The position numbers and the translations under genes are program-made. This document shows positions 18,630-27,607 of a DNA stretch of 64,000 nt, in pieces; position 1 is the first letter of the stretch; each line of letters starts with the position of its first letter. The stretch comes from Candidatus Latescibacterota bacterium (lineage in GTDB: Bacteria > Latescibacterota > UBA2968 > GCA-2709665), in NCBI GenBank assembly GCA_965203805.1, contig OZ241917.1, positions 2,176,001-2,240,000 on the forward strand. The letters run 5' to 3'. The notes beneath the pieces were generated by a model, which made no database searches, was not told the DNA's origin, and saw only the letters and a list, made by a program, of their open reading frames with translations.

Positions 18630-19814
18630 TTAACTGCGCCCCGGCACGATCGGAACCAGGCTGGCGCCCTCCGGCCGCGGCGCGGAGGGTGTGATTGGCG
18701 GACGCCGGTACGAGCGGTACCGGACACCGAGGTGCGGCGTCTCGACTCTCTCGTGGCCCCGGTGGCGGGAATCCATCAGTGCATCCAGCGCCCCGCTCAC
18801 CAGGAGCGTCCGTTCGACCGGATACGGCGGTTTACCGGTGAGGAAGAGTTCGTGGATATTCCGGCTGAGGTAGCTGAAATGGGCATGGGGATCGTCCGGC
18901 AGGAACACCTCCATCCCCCGAACGTCGCCCTGCACGCGGCCGGCGTAACCGAACCCCGAGGTGTACCCATTCAACATCAGGGTGGCCGCCTTCAACCCGT
19001 CGGCGTATTCCAGCAGGAAGACCGCCGGGTCGGCACAGTGCGCCTTCATGTCGCCCTCGGCCTTTGCCTCGATATGTTCCCTGGCCGAATCGGCGAGCTC
19101 GAGCGACCAGCGCCCCTCCGCGCCGGCCCGCCACACGGCGTCCCCTTCAAGGCACTGCACGGCGGCAATTCCCGTCTCGCCGCCGTGCCTGCGTTCAACC
19201 ATACACTGCAGCAGTTCGAGCGCGTGGAACCCATACGAATCGAGACCGGAATACCCGATCGACAGCGCTTCCTCCAACGGCGTTTCCAGCTCGTACTCGA
19301 GATACGGGTTCCTCCATGCCAGCGGCACGGAAGAACCGGCCAGATAAGGTACCTGGAGCGTCCGCGCCCGGTCGTACATCCACTTTGAATTCACCCAGTC
19401 ATAGGCCAGGTGTTTGTCGTTGAATACGGGTACGGACCGGCCGGACGTGGCGAATACCCCGCATACCTGCTCGAAGATGAACCGGCGCGGATACATACGC
19501 TGCTGCTTTTCGTTCCAGGCGTAATCTCCGTGCTCGCCGATGATCAACACCCCGTCTACCGCCAGTTTCCCTCCGTCCAGCGTCAATGCTTTCGGAATGC
19601 TGTTGTAGACGGGCACCCCGTGTTCCCGGGCGAGTTCGAGGCCCACGTCCTTTTCGTGCACCTGGTCCATATACAGGGAAACGACTTCCACCTGCGGCGG
19701 GATCAATCCGTCGTCCGAAGGAAATCCCTTCAGGAACTTCGTGACGATAACATCCGCGTGGGACCGCGCGTACCAGGTTGTCACGATTGCCGCGATTTTC
19801 TTTGTCTTGGACAC
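18630..19814 (-). CDS. Conserved hypothetical protein (oxidoreductase-like)
   Basis: [26 protein letters not shown] and YGFHALE motifs; GC-rich codon pattern. Confidence 0.75.
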   Translation of the reverse strand: MSKTKKIAAIVTTWYARSHADVIVTKFLKGFPSDDGLIPPQVEVVSLYMDQVHEKDVGLELAREHGVPVYNSIPKALTLDGGKLAVDGVLIIGEHGDYAWNEKQQRMYPRRFIFEQVCGVFATSGRSVPVFNDKHLAYDWVNSKWMYDRARTLQVPYLAGSSVPLAWRNPYLEYELETPLEEALSIGYSGLDSYGFHALELLQCMVERRHGGETGIAAVQCLEGDAVWRAGAEGRWSLELADSAREHIEAKAEGDMKAHCADPAVFLLEYADGLKAATLMLNGYTSGFGYAGRVQGDVRGMEVFLPDDPHAHFSYLSRNIHELFLTGKPPYPVERTLLVSGALDALMDSRHRGHERVETPHLGVRYRSYRRPPITPSAPRPEGASLVPIVPGRS

Positions 19815-20106
19815 GGAACACCCGCCTTTCTGCGCGTCAGTCGAACACGATGGCCGCCTGTACGACTGCACCTCTCTTGAGGTGCGCGTCGGACAGCCGC
19901 ACGAACGCGGATGGGGGAAGCCCAACGCCGTCCGTCTCCCTTTCCGCGAGGCAAATATGGTATTCGCCAAAATCGATGTCAAGGTGAAATCAACTTCTCA
20001 GGCAGACGGCAACTCGCGCTATAACCGGCTTGATTTTCGGATACGGATCGTCTATTTTGGTGGCGCAGGACAGGTTGCCCCTTATCGACCCCTCGGGATG
20101 CTCAAT

Positions 20107-21294
20107 ATGGCCTACGGCGGCATGAAATCCGTGTTGGAAGACGAACTGGAGTCCATCCGGGAAAACGGCCTTTTCAAGACAGAAACGCCGATCGCCACAC
20201 CCCAGAACACGCTGATCAGAACCCCGGACGGCGAAGCAATCAACTTCTGCGCCAACAACTACCTGGGGCTCGCCAGCCATCCGGAGATCGCGGAAGCCGC
20301 TGCGGAAGGACTGGACGCGTACGGATACGGCATGGCATCCGTGCGATTCATCTGCGGCACACAGGACCTGCACAAGTCCCTTGAACGCCGCATCTCGGAA
20401 TTCCTGAATACGGAAGACACCATCCTCTATACGTCCTGCTTCGACGCCAATGCCGGTCTGTTCGAAACCCTGTTCGGACCCGAAGACGCCGTGATCAGCG
20501 ACACACTGAATCATGCCAGCATCATCGACGGCATCCGGCTCTGCAAGGCGCGTCGCAGTATCTATCGCCACGCCGACATGACGCATCTGGAAGACCGGCT
20601 CAAGGACGCGGGCGACGCGCGTTTCCGGGTGGTCGCCACCGACGGCGTGTTTTCGATGCACGGCGACGTCGCGCCGTTGAAAGAGATCTGCCGCCTCGCG
20701 GACGCCCACGACGCGCTGGTGATGGTGGACGATTCGCATGCGACCGGATTTCTGGGCGAGAACGGCCGCGGCACCCCGGAGTTCTGCGGCGTTGAGAACC
20801 GGATCGATATCCTGACCAGCACGCTGGGAAAGGCGCTTGGAGGCGCCTCGGGCGGATTCACGACGGGGCGGGGAGAGATCGTCGAGTACCTGCGGCAGCG
20901 CTCCCGCCCCTACCTGTTTTCCAATACGCTGGCGCCGCCGATCGTCGCGGGCGGATTGAAAGCGCTGGAACTCGTACAGACGCGTCCCGAATACCGGCGG
21001 GCCCTGATGAAAAACACCGGCTACTTCAGGAAGACCATGGGTGAACGGGGATTCCTCATCTCGGAGGGCGTCCACCCCATCGTCCCGATCATGCTCGGCG
21101 ATGAACAGAAGACGGTGCGCATGGCCCGGTCGATGAACCGGCGCGGCATCTTCGTGGTGGGATTCAGCTATCCCGTGGTGCCCAGGGGCGAAGCCCGCAT
21201 CCGCGTGCAGGTCTCCGCGGCCCACACGCGAAATCAGCTGGACCGCGCCATCGAAACGTTCGTGGACGTCGGCACGGCCCTCGGCGTCATATAA
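20107..21294 (+). CDS. kbl: Glycine C-acetyltransferase (2-amino-3-ketobutyrate CoA ligase)
   Basis: [35 protein letters not shown] and [11 protein letters not shown] motifs. Confidence 0.96.
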   Translation: MAYGGMKSVLEDELESIRENGLFKTETPIATPQNTLIRTPDGEAINFCANNYLGLASHPEIAEAAAEGLDAYGYGMASVRFICGTQDLHKSLERRISEFLNTEDTILYTSCFDANAGLFETLFGPEDAVISDTLNHASIIDGIRLCKARRSIYRHADMTHLEDRLKDAGDARFRVVATDGVFSMHGDVAPLKEICRLADAHDALVMVDDSHATGFLGENGRGTPEFCGVENRIDILTSTLGKALGGASGGFTTGRGEIVEYLRQRSRPYLFSNTLAPPIVAGGLKALELVQTRPEYRRALMKNTGYFRKTMGERGFLISEGVHPIVPIMLGDEQKTVRMARSMNRRGIFVVGFSYPVVPRGEARIRVQVSAAHTRNQLDRAIETFVDVGTALGVI

Positions 21295-21374
21295 CCCGGC
21301 TCATTGACGCTTATTCTCAGTTGCAGGACAGGATGCGGTTACGGCCGCAACCGCAACAATAAAAGGACACGAAA

Positions 21375-22142
21375 ATGGAAATGCCCCAGCAGCAACCCCT
21401 CCGTGACCGCATCGCCATCGTGACCGGGGCGGGGCAGGGGATCGGCCGGGCCGTCGCCCAGACTCTGGCCAGACACGGCGCCCACCTCGTCGTGAACGAC
21501 CTCGACGAATCCAACGCCGAACGTACGGCCGACGAGCTGGGTTCGGCGTTCGCCAGGGCCTTCCACTTTCAGGCCGACGTCACGGACGCTCCCGGGGTGC
21601 AGGCCATGGTTGACTGGACGGCGGATACCTTCGGCGCGGTCCACATCCTGGTCAACAATGCGGGCATCCTCTTCCCGACCAGCGTCATCGACATCGACGA
21701 AGACGAATGGGACCGCGTCATCGACGTCAACCTCAAGGGCGCTTTTCTCTGCTCCAAGGCCGTCCTCCCGCAGATGCGCGACGCGGGATGGGGCCGCATC
21801 GTCAATTTCTCCTCGACCGCGGGCAAGAACGTCAGCACGGTGGGCGGCGCGCATTACACGGCCGCAAAGGCCGGCGTGCTGGGGTTCACCCGCCACCTCG
21901 CCAGGGAAGTCGCGCCTTACAACATTACGGTAAATGCGGTCTGTCCCGGACTGATCGATACCGAAATGGTCCGCGGTACCATCGACGAAGAACGAACACG
22001 CGCCTACGCGCGCAGCTTCCCCATCCCCCGTCTGGGCAGACCGGAGGAAGTCGCCGACCTGGTGGCCTTTCTCGCTTCCGACCAGGCCGCCTATATCACC
22101 GGCGCATCGCTGGACATCAACGGCGGCGACCTGATGATCTAG
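21375..22142 (+). CDS. Short-chain dehydrogenase/reductase
   Basis: TGAGQGIG, NNAG and YTAAK motifs. Confidence 0.93.
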   Translation: MEMPQQQPLRDRIAIVTGAGQGIGRAVAQTLARHGAHLVVNDLDESNAERTADELGSAFARAFHFQADVTDAPGVQAMVDWTADTFGAVHILVNNAGILFPTSVIDIDEDEWDRVIDVNLKGAFLCSKAVLPQMRDAGWGRIVNFSSTAGKNVSTVGGAHYTAAKAGVLGFTRHLAREVAPYNITVNAVCPGLIDTEMVRGTIDEERTRAYARSFPIPRLGRPEEVADLVAFLASDQAAYITGASLDINGGDLMI

Positions 22143-22179
22143 CAAGGTGTTTCGTACGGTCTCCTGGAGCATCCTGACA

Positions 22180-23340
22180 ATGCAGGTTGTGAGCGTCAAG
22201 ACGTTTCTGGTTCATCCGGGCAGCGCGAAGAACTGGCTGTTTGTCAAGGTGGTGACGGACACGGGCATCCACGGATGGGGCGAGGCCTACACCCAGCACG
22301 ACAGGGACCGGAGCGTCCAGGTGCACCTGGAAGAACTGGGCCGGTACCTGGTTGGACGGTCGCCGTTCGACATCAGGCATTTCACGTACGTGGCCTACAC
22401 GGACTTCGCAAGCAAGCGCGGCGCGATGGACCTCTACGCCGCCATCAGCGCCATCGAACAGGCCTTGTGGGACATTGTCGGCAAGACCCTGAACCAGCCC
22501 GTCTACAACCTGCTCGGCGGCGCCTGCAGGACCCGAATCAAGGTCTACGCCAATGGCTGGGGAAGCTGGTACGATCCCGGAAAGGCGCCGGAGCAACTCG
22601 CCGAGCGGGCCGCGGCGGTGGTGGCGAAGGGGTTCACCGCGCTCAAATTCGACCCCTTTCCCGGCCCCTGGCGCAGCATCATCGACGTGAAGGACGAACA
22701 GACCGCCGTGGACCGGGTGGGGGCCGTACGCGAGGCCGTGGGCCCCGACGTGGATATCCTGGTGGAAGTGCACCGCCGGCTTTCTCCGGCAAATGCCATC
22801 CGTGTTGCGCGGCGCATGGAGCCATTCAACCCCTTCTGGTACGAGGAACCGGTTTCCTCCCGCGACCTTAACGGTCTGGCTGAAGCCAGACGGAACATCA
22901 ACATCCCGGTGGTCACCGGCGAGGAACTCTATACCAAAACCGAATTCCGCGACGTGTTCGAGAAACGCGCCGCGGACATCATCAACCCGGACGTCTGCAA
23001 CTGCGGCGGGATTCTGGAGCTTCGCGAAATCGCGGCCATGGCCGAGTCCTGCCACGTCGCGGTGTCGCCCCACAACTACAACAGTACGACGGTAGGCCTG
23101 GCCGCCACAATGCAGGCCGCCGCCGGCATGCCCAACTTCCTGATTACCGAATACTTCGTGAATTTCGAACCCGCGGGCAACGAAATCGCGGTCGGCCCCT
23201 TCGTCGTCGAAGACGGTTACATCGCGCTTCCCGATTCACCCGGCCTGGGCATCGACCTGGACGAGGACGCGCTTACCCGGTATCCGTTCCGACCGTTCCC
23301 TGCGAGAACACTGCGGCGTCCGCGCGACGAAGGACCGTAG
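22180..23340 (+). CDS. Galactonate dehydratase-like enolase-superfamily enzyme
   Basis: YANGW, KFDPF, EVH, YEEP, TGE and SPHN motifs. Confidence 0.9.
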   Translation: MQVVSVKTFLVHPGSAKNWLFVKVVTDTGIHGWGEAYTQHDRDRSVQVHLEELGRYLVGRSPFDIRHFTYVAYTDFASKRGAMDLYAAISAIEQALWDIVGKTLNQPVYNLLGGACRTRIKVYANGWGSWYDPGKAPEQLAERAAAVVAKGFTALKFDPFPGPWRSIIDVKDEQTAVDRVGAVREAVGPDVDILVEVHRRLSPANAIRVARRMEPFNPFWYEEPVSSRDLNGLAEARRNINIPVVTGEELYTKTEFRDVFEKRAADIINPDVCNCGGILELREIAAMAESCHVAVSPHNYNSTTVGLAATMQAAAGMPNFLITEYFVNFEPAGNEIAVGPFVVEDGYIALPDSPGLGIDLDEDALTRYPFRPFPARTLRRPRDEGP

Positions 23341-23437
23341 CGTTTGCATTTTCGCTGTAACCTGCAGCGGTAATTGTACCCGAACGATTCAACCCGGATT
23401 CCAGGCAAACCCGTAATTCACGCGAAGGAGGTCGTCG

Positions 23438-24475
23438 ATGGATCGCGACGAATTAAGAGAGAAATTGGAGGCACTGGAAGTCAGACTGCGCTGGCAGAAA
23501 CGGGCGATTGCAGGATTGCTGGTTGTCTTCCTCTTCAGCGCGTCACCGGCGTTGACCCAGGCGTCGAAGTGGTTCGGGAGCATGCTTCCGGCAAAGCCGG
23601 CCGCGCTGAGCCTTCAACACGGCTGGACGACCGGCGACGTGCGGTTTGGCGATCTTTCGCCCAACAGGGCCGAACTCCCGTTGCCGGAGGCCGGTAACGA
23701 TGGACTGAGCAAAGTCGCTCCCGAGCAAGTCATCGACGCCGGCGATACGCTACGGGTCGGTACCCTCCACATCGTCAATGCAAGCGGGGACGTTGTCGCG
23801 GAAATCGGGTCGGAAGCGTCGGGAGACGGTTCGCTCGTGATAAGAAACAGCAACGGCGCCGTGGTGACCGTTGTGGGCGTAGGCAGAGACGGACACGGCA
23901 CCATGGGCGTCCTCAACACGGCCGGCCGGGTCGCGGCCGCCATGGGCGCCGACCCGTCAGAACAGGCCAATGGATGGGTCGACGTCAGGAGCGCGACGGG
24001 TTCGTTGGCCGCACTCGCATTCGATAATGCCGGAGACGCCGTTATTGCGGCGTTTAACAGGGACGAACACCTGGTCTCCGGATTCGGTATTGACAACACC
24101 GGCGCCGGCGCCTTGCGTATCTCGAATGCGGAGGGCGGGGTCATTGCCGCTATTGGGGCAAATGATAATGGACACGGTCTCATCGGATTCATAAATGCGT
24201 CCCAGCGCATTGTTGCCGGCATGGGAGCGGATTCGACCGGCGTTGGGGGTCTGGGTATTGAGGGGGGCAGGTTCAGGGCCACTGTTGACGGGAACGGCAA
24301 CGGCGTGGCGGAAACTCGAGACAACGACGGTGAGGTTCGCTGGTCCTCTGAAGCGGCCCTCGTCGGGGACACCGGCACGACGAGCGGCCTCATTGGGGAT
24401 TTTGACGGAGACGGCGACGTGGACTTCGCCGACTTCCTCACCTTCACCAGGAATTTCGGCAAAACGAGCGGATAG
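23438..24475 (+). CDS. Membrane-anchored beta-repeat protein with C-terminal dockerin/EF-hand-like motif
   Basis: Coiled coil plus hydrophobic helix, about 8 repeats of roughly 23 aa (GxGxhxhxNxxGxxhxxhG), then GDFDGDGDVDFADFLTFTRNFGK. Confidence 0.8.
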   Translation: MDRDELREKLEALEVRLRWQKRAIAGLLVVFLFSASPALTQASKWFGSMLPAKPAALSLQHGWTTGDVRFGDLSPNRAELPLPEAGNDGLSKVAPEQVIDAGDTLRVGTLHIVNASGDVVAEIGSEASGDGSLVIRNSNGAVVTVVGVGRDGHGTMGVLNTAGRVAAAMGADPSEQANGWVDVRSATGSLAALAFDNAGDAVIAAFNRDEHLVSGFGIDNTGAGALRISNAEGGVIAAIGANDNGHGLIGFINASQRIVAGMGADSTGVGGLGIEGGRFRATVDGNGNGVAETRDNDGEVRWSSEAALVGDTGTTSGLIGDFDGDGDVDFADFLTFTRNFGKTSG

Positions 24476-24681
24476 CATCGGCAGGCCGGGCGGCGACCCC
24501 TGACCGCTCGTCCTCGTTGTGGGGATGGAAGGTATCGGATGGCTCTGGATGGTCGGCAAGGTCCTTCGTATGAAGCGAGTCAATCTGAAGAATCCGAAGT
24601 TCCCAACGCCGCAATCGCCGGTTTTCTGTCGCGTTTTGCGGCTTTTTTTTCGGGAGAGACCTCAAAATCATACGTTCTCTA

Positions 24682-25149
24682 TTGCTCTGCGCACTTGCTT
24701 TGGTCGGTTGCCAGGATCAATTGAAAGAAACCTTCGCTGAATTAGATACCGATCTGCGGGGTGAGAAAAAAGGAATCTGGAAAATAAACATCGAGGCTCA
24801 GAATATTCGCTGGCGATTTTTCTCATACTCTCCCCTGGGTGAACGTAAAAAGGTTTCTGGAGCCTATGAAATAGAATGGAAGAACCGATTTCAAAAAGAA
24901 ATAACTATTGACTGGGGAGCGCGATTTGTAGACGTATATGGGTTGGTGATTGCAGAGTTACCCAATGATACAATTGACGACGTAGTTCTTGTGGCAAAAG
25001 GAACTCATTACCTGGCAAGACCCTTTACAATAGTTGTTGATAAAGTGACAACAGCGAACGAGATCCGGCGCATGGTTTTGTATGTGATGGTCAATGGCAA
25101 AAAGCACAATATCCGAACGGATTTGCGGATAATAAGGGGGTTTCGGTGA
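24682..25149 (+). CDS. Putative lipoprotein (start uncertain)
   Basis: In-frame KIIRSLLLCALALVGC lipobox; beta-rich mature region. Confidence 0.55.
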   Translation: MLCALALVGCQDQLKETFAELDTDLRGEKKGIWKINIEAQNIRWRFFSYSPLGERKKVSGAYEIEWKNRFQKEITIDWGARFVDVYGLVIAELPNDTIDDVVLVAKGTHYLARPFTIVVDKVTTANEIRRMVLYVMVNGKKHNIRTDLRIIRGFR

Positions 25150-25228
25150 AAGAGGCGGCAGAGGTTCAGAGGTTATTTGCGACCGATAACATCCGCATCG
25201 CCATCTTCCTATTTTCCCGATAGGCGCC

Positions 25229-25375
25229 ATGTGGACGCTTACAAACAGACTCGAAGACAAAATTGACGCTCGTTTTGACAAGGTCGAATCCCGCCTGGAC
25301 AGGATCGACGCCCGCTTTGATTCCTTCGGCGAACGTATTGCAATCAACGAAGCCAGACTGAACGACAAAGAGTAA
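25229..25375 (+). CDS. Short coiled-coil peptide or gene fragment
   Basis: MWTLTNRLEDKIDARFDKVESRLDRIDARFDSFGERIAINEARL with a repeated IDARFD. Confidence 0.4.
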   Translation: MWTLTNRLEDKIDARFDKVESRLDRIDARFDSFGERIAINEARLNDKE

Positions 25376-25499
25376 AACCCCTCCCTATCTCACCGATTCT
25401 CAAGCCACGCTTCAAATTCCCACGTTGGCTTGTCCCCCTTGCCCAATTTCACCAATGGGGGATCGCCCGCAAACAACCCTCCTGCAAACTCACCCGGTG

Positions 25500-25790
25500 T
25501 AGCTTGATACTGACGTCTCGTTGCATCTCCGCTTTCGCAGGATGGTGGAGATTACTCGGCATGGTTTCTCGATGTGTTTGTTGTGTTGCAGTCGCAGGGT
25601 AAAACGGGCTTGGGATCGCACGATATAGCTTGCTCGTTTGATGAGTTCGAACCGGATGTGCGTATGGATTTAAGCGGCCACCTGCCGGCAGGCGGGTCGG
25701 TTGGTTTTTTCGTGGTGCGACTGGTTTTTGACCGTCAGCGTTGAAGTGAAGCCGTCGACGCCCTTCTCAATGCGCTGCCAATGGGTGCAT
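25500..25790 (-). pseudogene. Remnant of IS1380-like transposase C-terminus
   Basis: Frameshifted RWPLKSIRT / IRFELIKRASYIVRSQARFTLRLQHN; contains the palindrome cctgccggcagg (25681-25692). Confidence 0.5.
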
Positions 25791-26464
25791 TGACGGATAT
25801 GCCGCTGCTGGAGTTACGCGCCTTTCACGGCGCCCGTCTCCCGAGTCTTCAGCAGACAGGTAACTGGACCAGCCGCTTCCTCCGCTGCAGATCACGAATT
25901 AATCACTGTTACAGGCTATGTTTCCACAGACACGTCACGCATAGATGTGTACATTTGACTCGACATATTTGAGCGACAATGGTCGCAAATATCCGCAAAA
26001 ACACAGATGTCGGGAGGGTGCGCAGGTTTGGGCTCAATCACATCCGGGTAGACTGGGACAGAATAACCGCAATCGAGGAGGAGTAAATCGCGTCGCTGAG
26101 GATTGGCGACGAATGGCGGAGGCGGTAGCGTGGGACGTTTCACAGGGGCGGCCGAAGTAGAGCACCTCACGAGACGCGCGAGTCCCGCCTCTACCTCTGC
26201 CGCTCGTCGGACCCGCCATGCCGAATCGCTCACGGATTTATCGACCGCCAACGGACGTGCCTCCTTGCAGACTCGGGTGAATGACAGACCTCTTGATATT
26301 ATCCGAGGCCACGGACAGTTGCTTCGGCAGCCTGTCGACTCCCTCAGTATGGCAATCCGAGCGAACGGACGACGGACAACTTTCGCGCAAGATTCTGGCA
26401 TTTCCTTGCCGCTGCGTCGACCTCATCGGCAATGACGCCGATGTTTTACCACGGGAGGGATCAA

Positions 26465-27607
26465 ATGAATCCGCTTGAAGAACGACTGAATCGACTGGAA
26501 ACGCGCGTAACGCGCTATCGCAATTTCAACGTCCTGTTGTGTCTTCTGCTGGTAGCCGTTGTGACGGTGGCCGCAAAAGACGGCGCATCGCCGTTTCAGG
26601 CGAAGTCGGCCCCAGCATCGGGCCCGATACCCGAAGCCGATGGCCGAATTCCCGATTTACCGGGCCGTGGCGTAGATGTCGAGATGCAACCGGAGGTCCA
26701 GAGTGCGGGGAAATTGGCCGCGCAGACGCAGGGTGTGATTCGCGCGACAGGACTGCAAATTGTAAACAGCGACGGACAGGCAGTGGTTGAACTCTTCCCC
26801 AGCACTGCCGGCGGTGGGCTTATCTTTGTGAATTCTGCTGAGGACAAGAACCTCGTCTACATTGGATCGTCAGCCTCGAACGGCAATGGATTGGTGCGTA
26901 TCAATTCAGCCCAGGAAAAGAACTTGATAGGTCTGGGATCAATTCCCGATACCAATGATGGATCTATCGATATTAGAAATAGAAACGAAGAACGATTGAT
27001 CACTTTGAATACTTCCGAGGCAAATGGTTGGATTAGAATCAACAAGACCGGCAATGAAAACCTGGCGTATCTGGGTGCGAATACTCGCGATAATGGGCTC
27101 TTGAGTCTAAGCAACAAATCTGGCAAAGGCATGGTGTCGATGTTTGCAGATGAAACCGCCGGTAATCTGAGTTTGCGAAATCAAAGCGACAAGACGATTG
27201 CGTACCTGGGGTGGAGCGGCGAAGGTCAGGGACTACTAGAAATCAACTCCAAAACGGGTACGGAACTCATTACCGCAGGATCAAACGTCGAAGATGACGG
27301 ACTGTTCAGGGTAAGCAATCGCTATGGCACCCTCGGGTATTTCGTCATTAGTTCTGACGCACATGGCTATGCGGCAATTCAGGATAACCAGGAGAGGCTG
27401 CTTGCAGACCTGACCGCGACTGCATCCGGGGACGGACTTGTCCGCACGTTGTCGCGACAAGGCATCACGACCTGGTCGAGCGCTACCGGACAAGGCAACT
27501 CCGGGACGACGTCATTGCTAAGGGGTGATATGGACGGCGATGGAGATATTGACGGGGATGATTTCCTGATCTTCTCTGAAAACTTCGGCAGGAAAAATAA
27601 TCAATGA
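26465..27607 (+). CDS. Membrane-anchored beta-repeat protein with dockerin/EF-hand-like tail (paralogue of 23438)
   Basis: LEERLNRLE plus TM, about 11 repeats, GDMDGDGDIDGDDFLIFSENFGR; SD gggagg. Confidence 0.8.
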   Translation: MNPLEERLNRLETRVTRYRNFNVLLCLLLVAVVTVAAKDGASPFQAKSAPASGPIPEADGRIPDLPGRGVDVEMQPEVQSAGKLAAQTQGVIRATGLQIVNSDGQAVVELFPSTAGGGLIFVNSAEDKNLVYIGSSASNGNGLVRINSAQEKNLIGLGSIPDTNDGSIDIRNRNEERLITLNTSEANGWIRINKTGNENLAYLGANTRDNGLLSLSNKSGKGMVSMFADETAGNLSLRNQSDKTIAYLGWSGEGQGLLEINSKTGTELITAGSNVEDDGLFRVSNRYGTLGYFVISSDAHGYAAIQDNQERLLADLTATASGDGLVRTLSRQGITTWSSATGQGNSGTTSLLRGDMDGDGDIDGDDFLIFSENFGRKNNQ

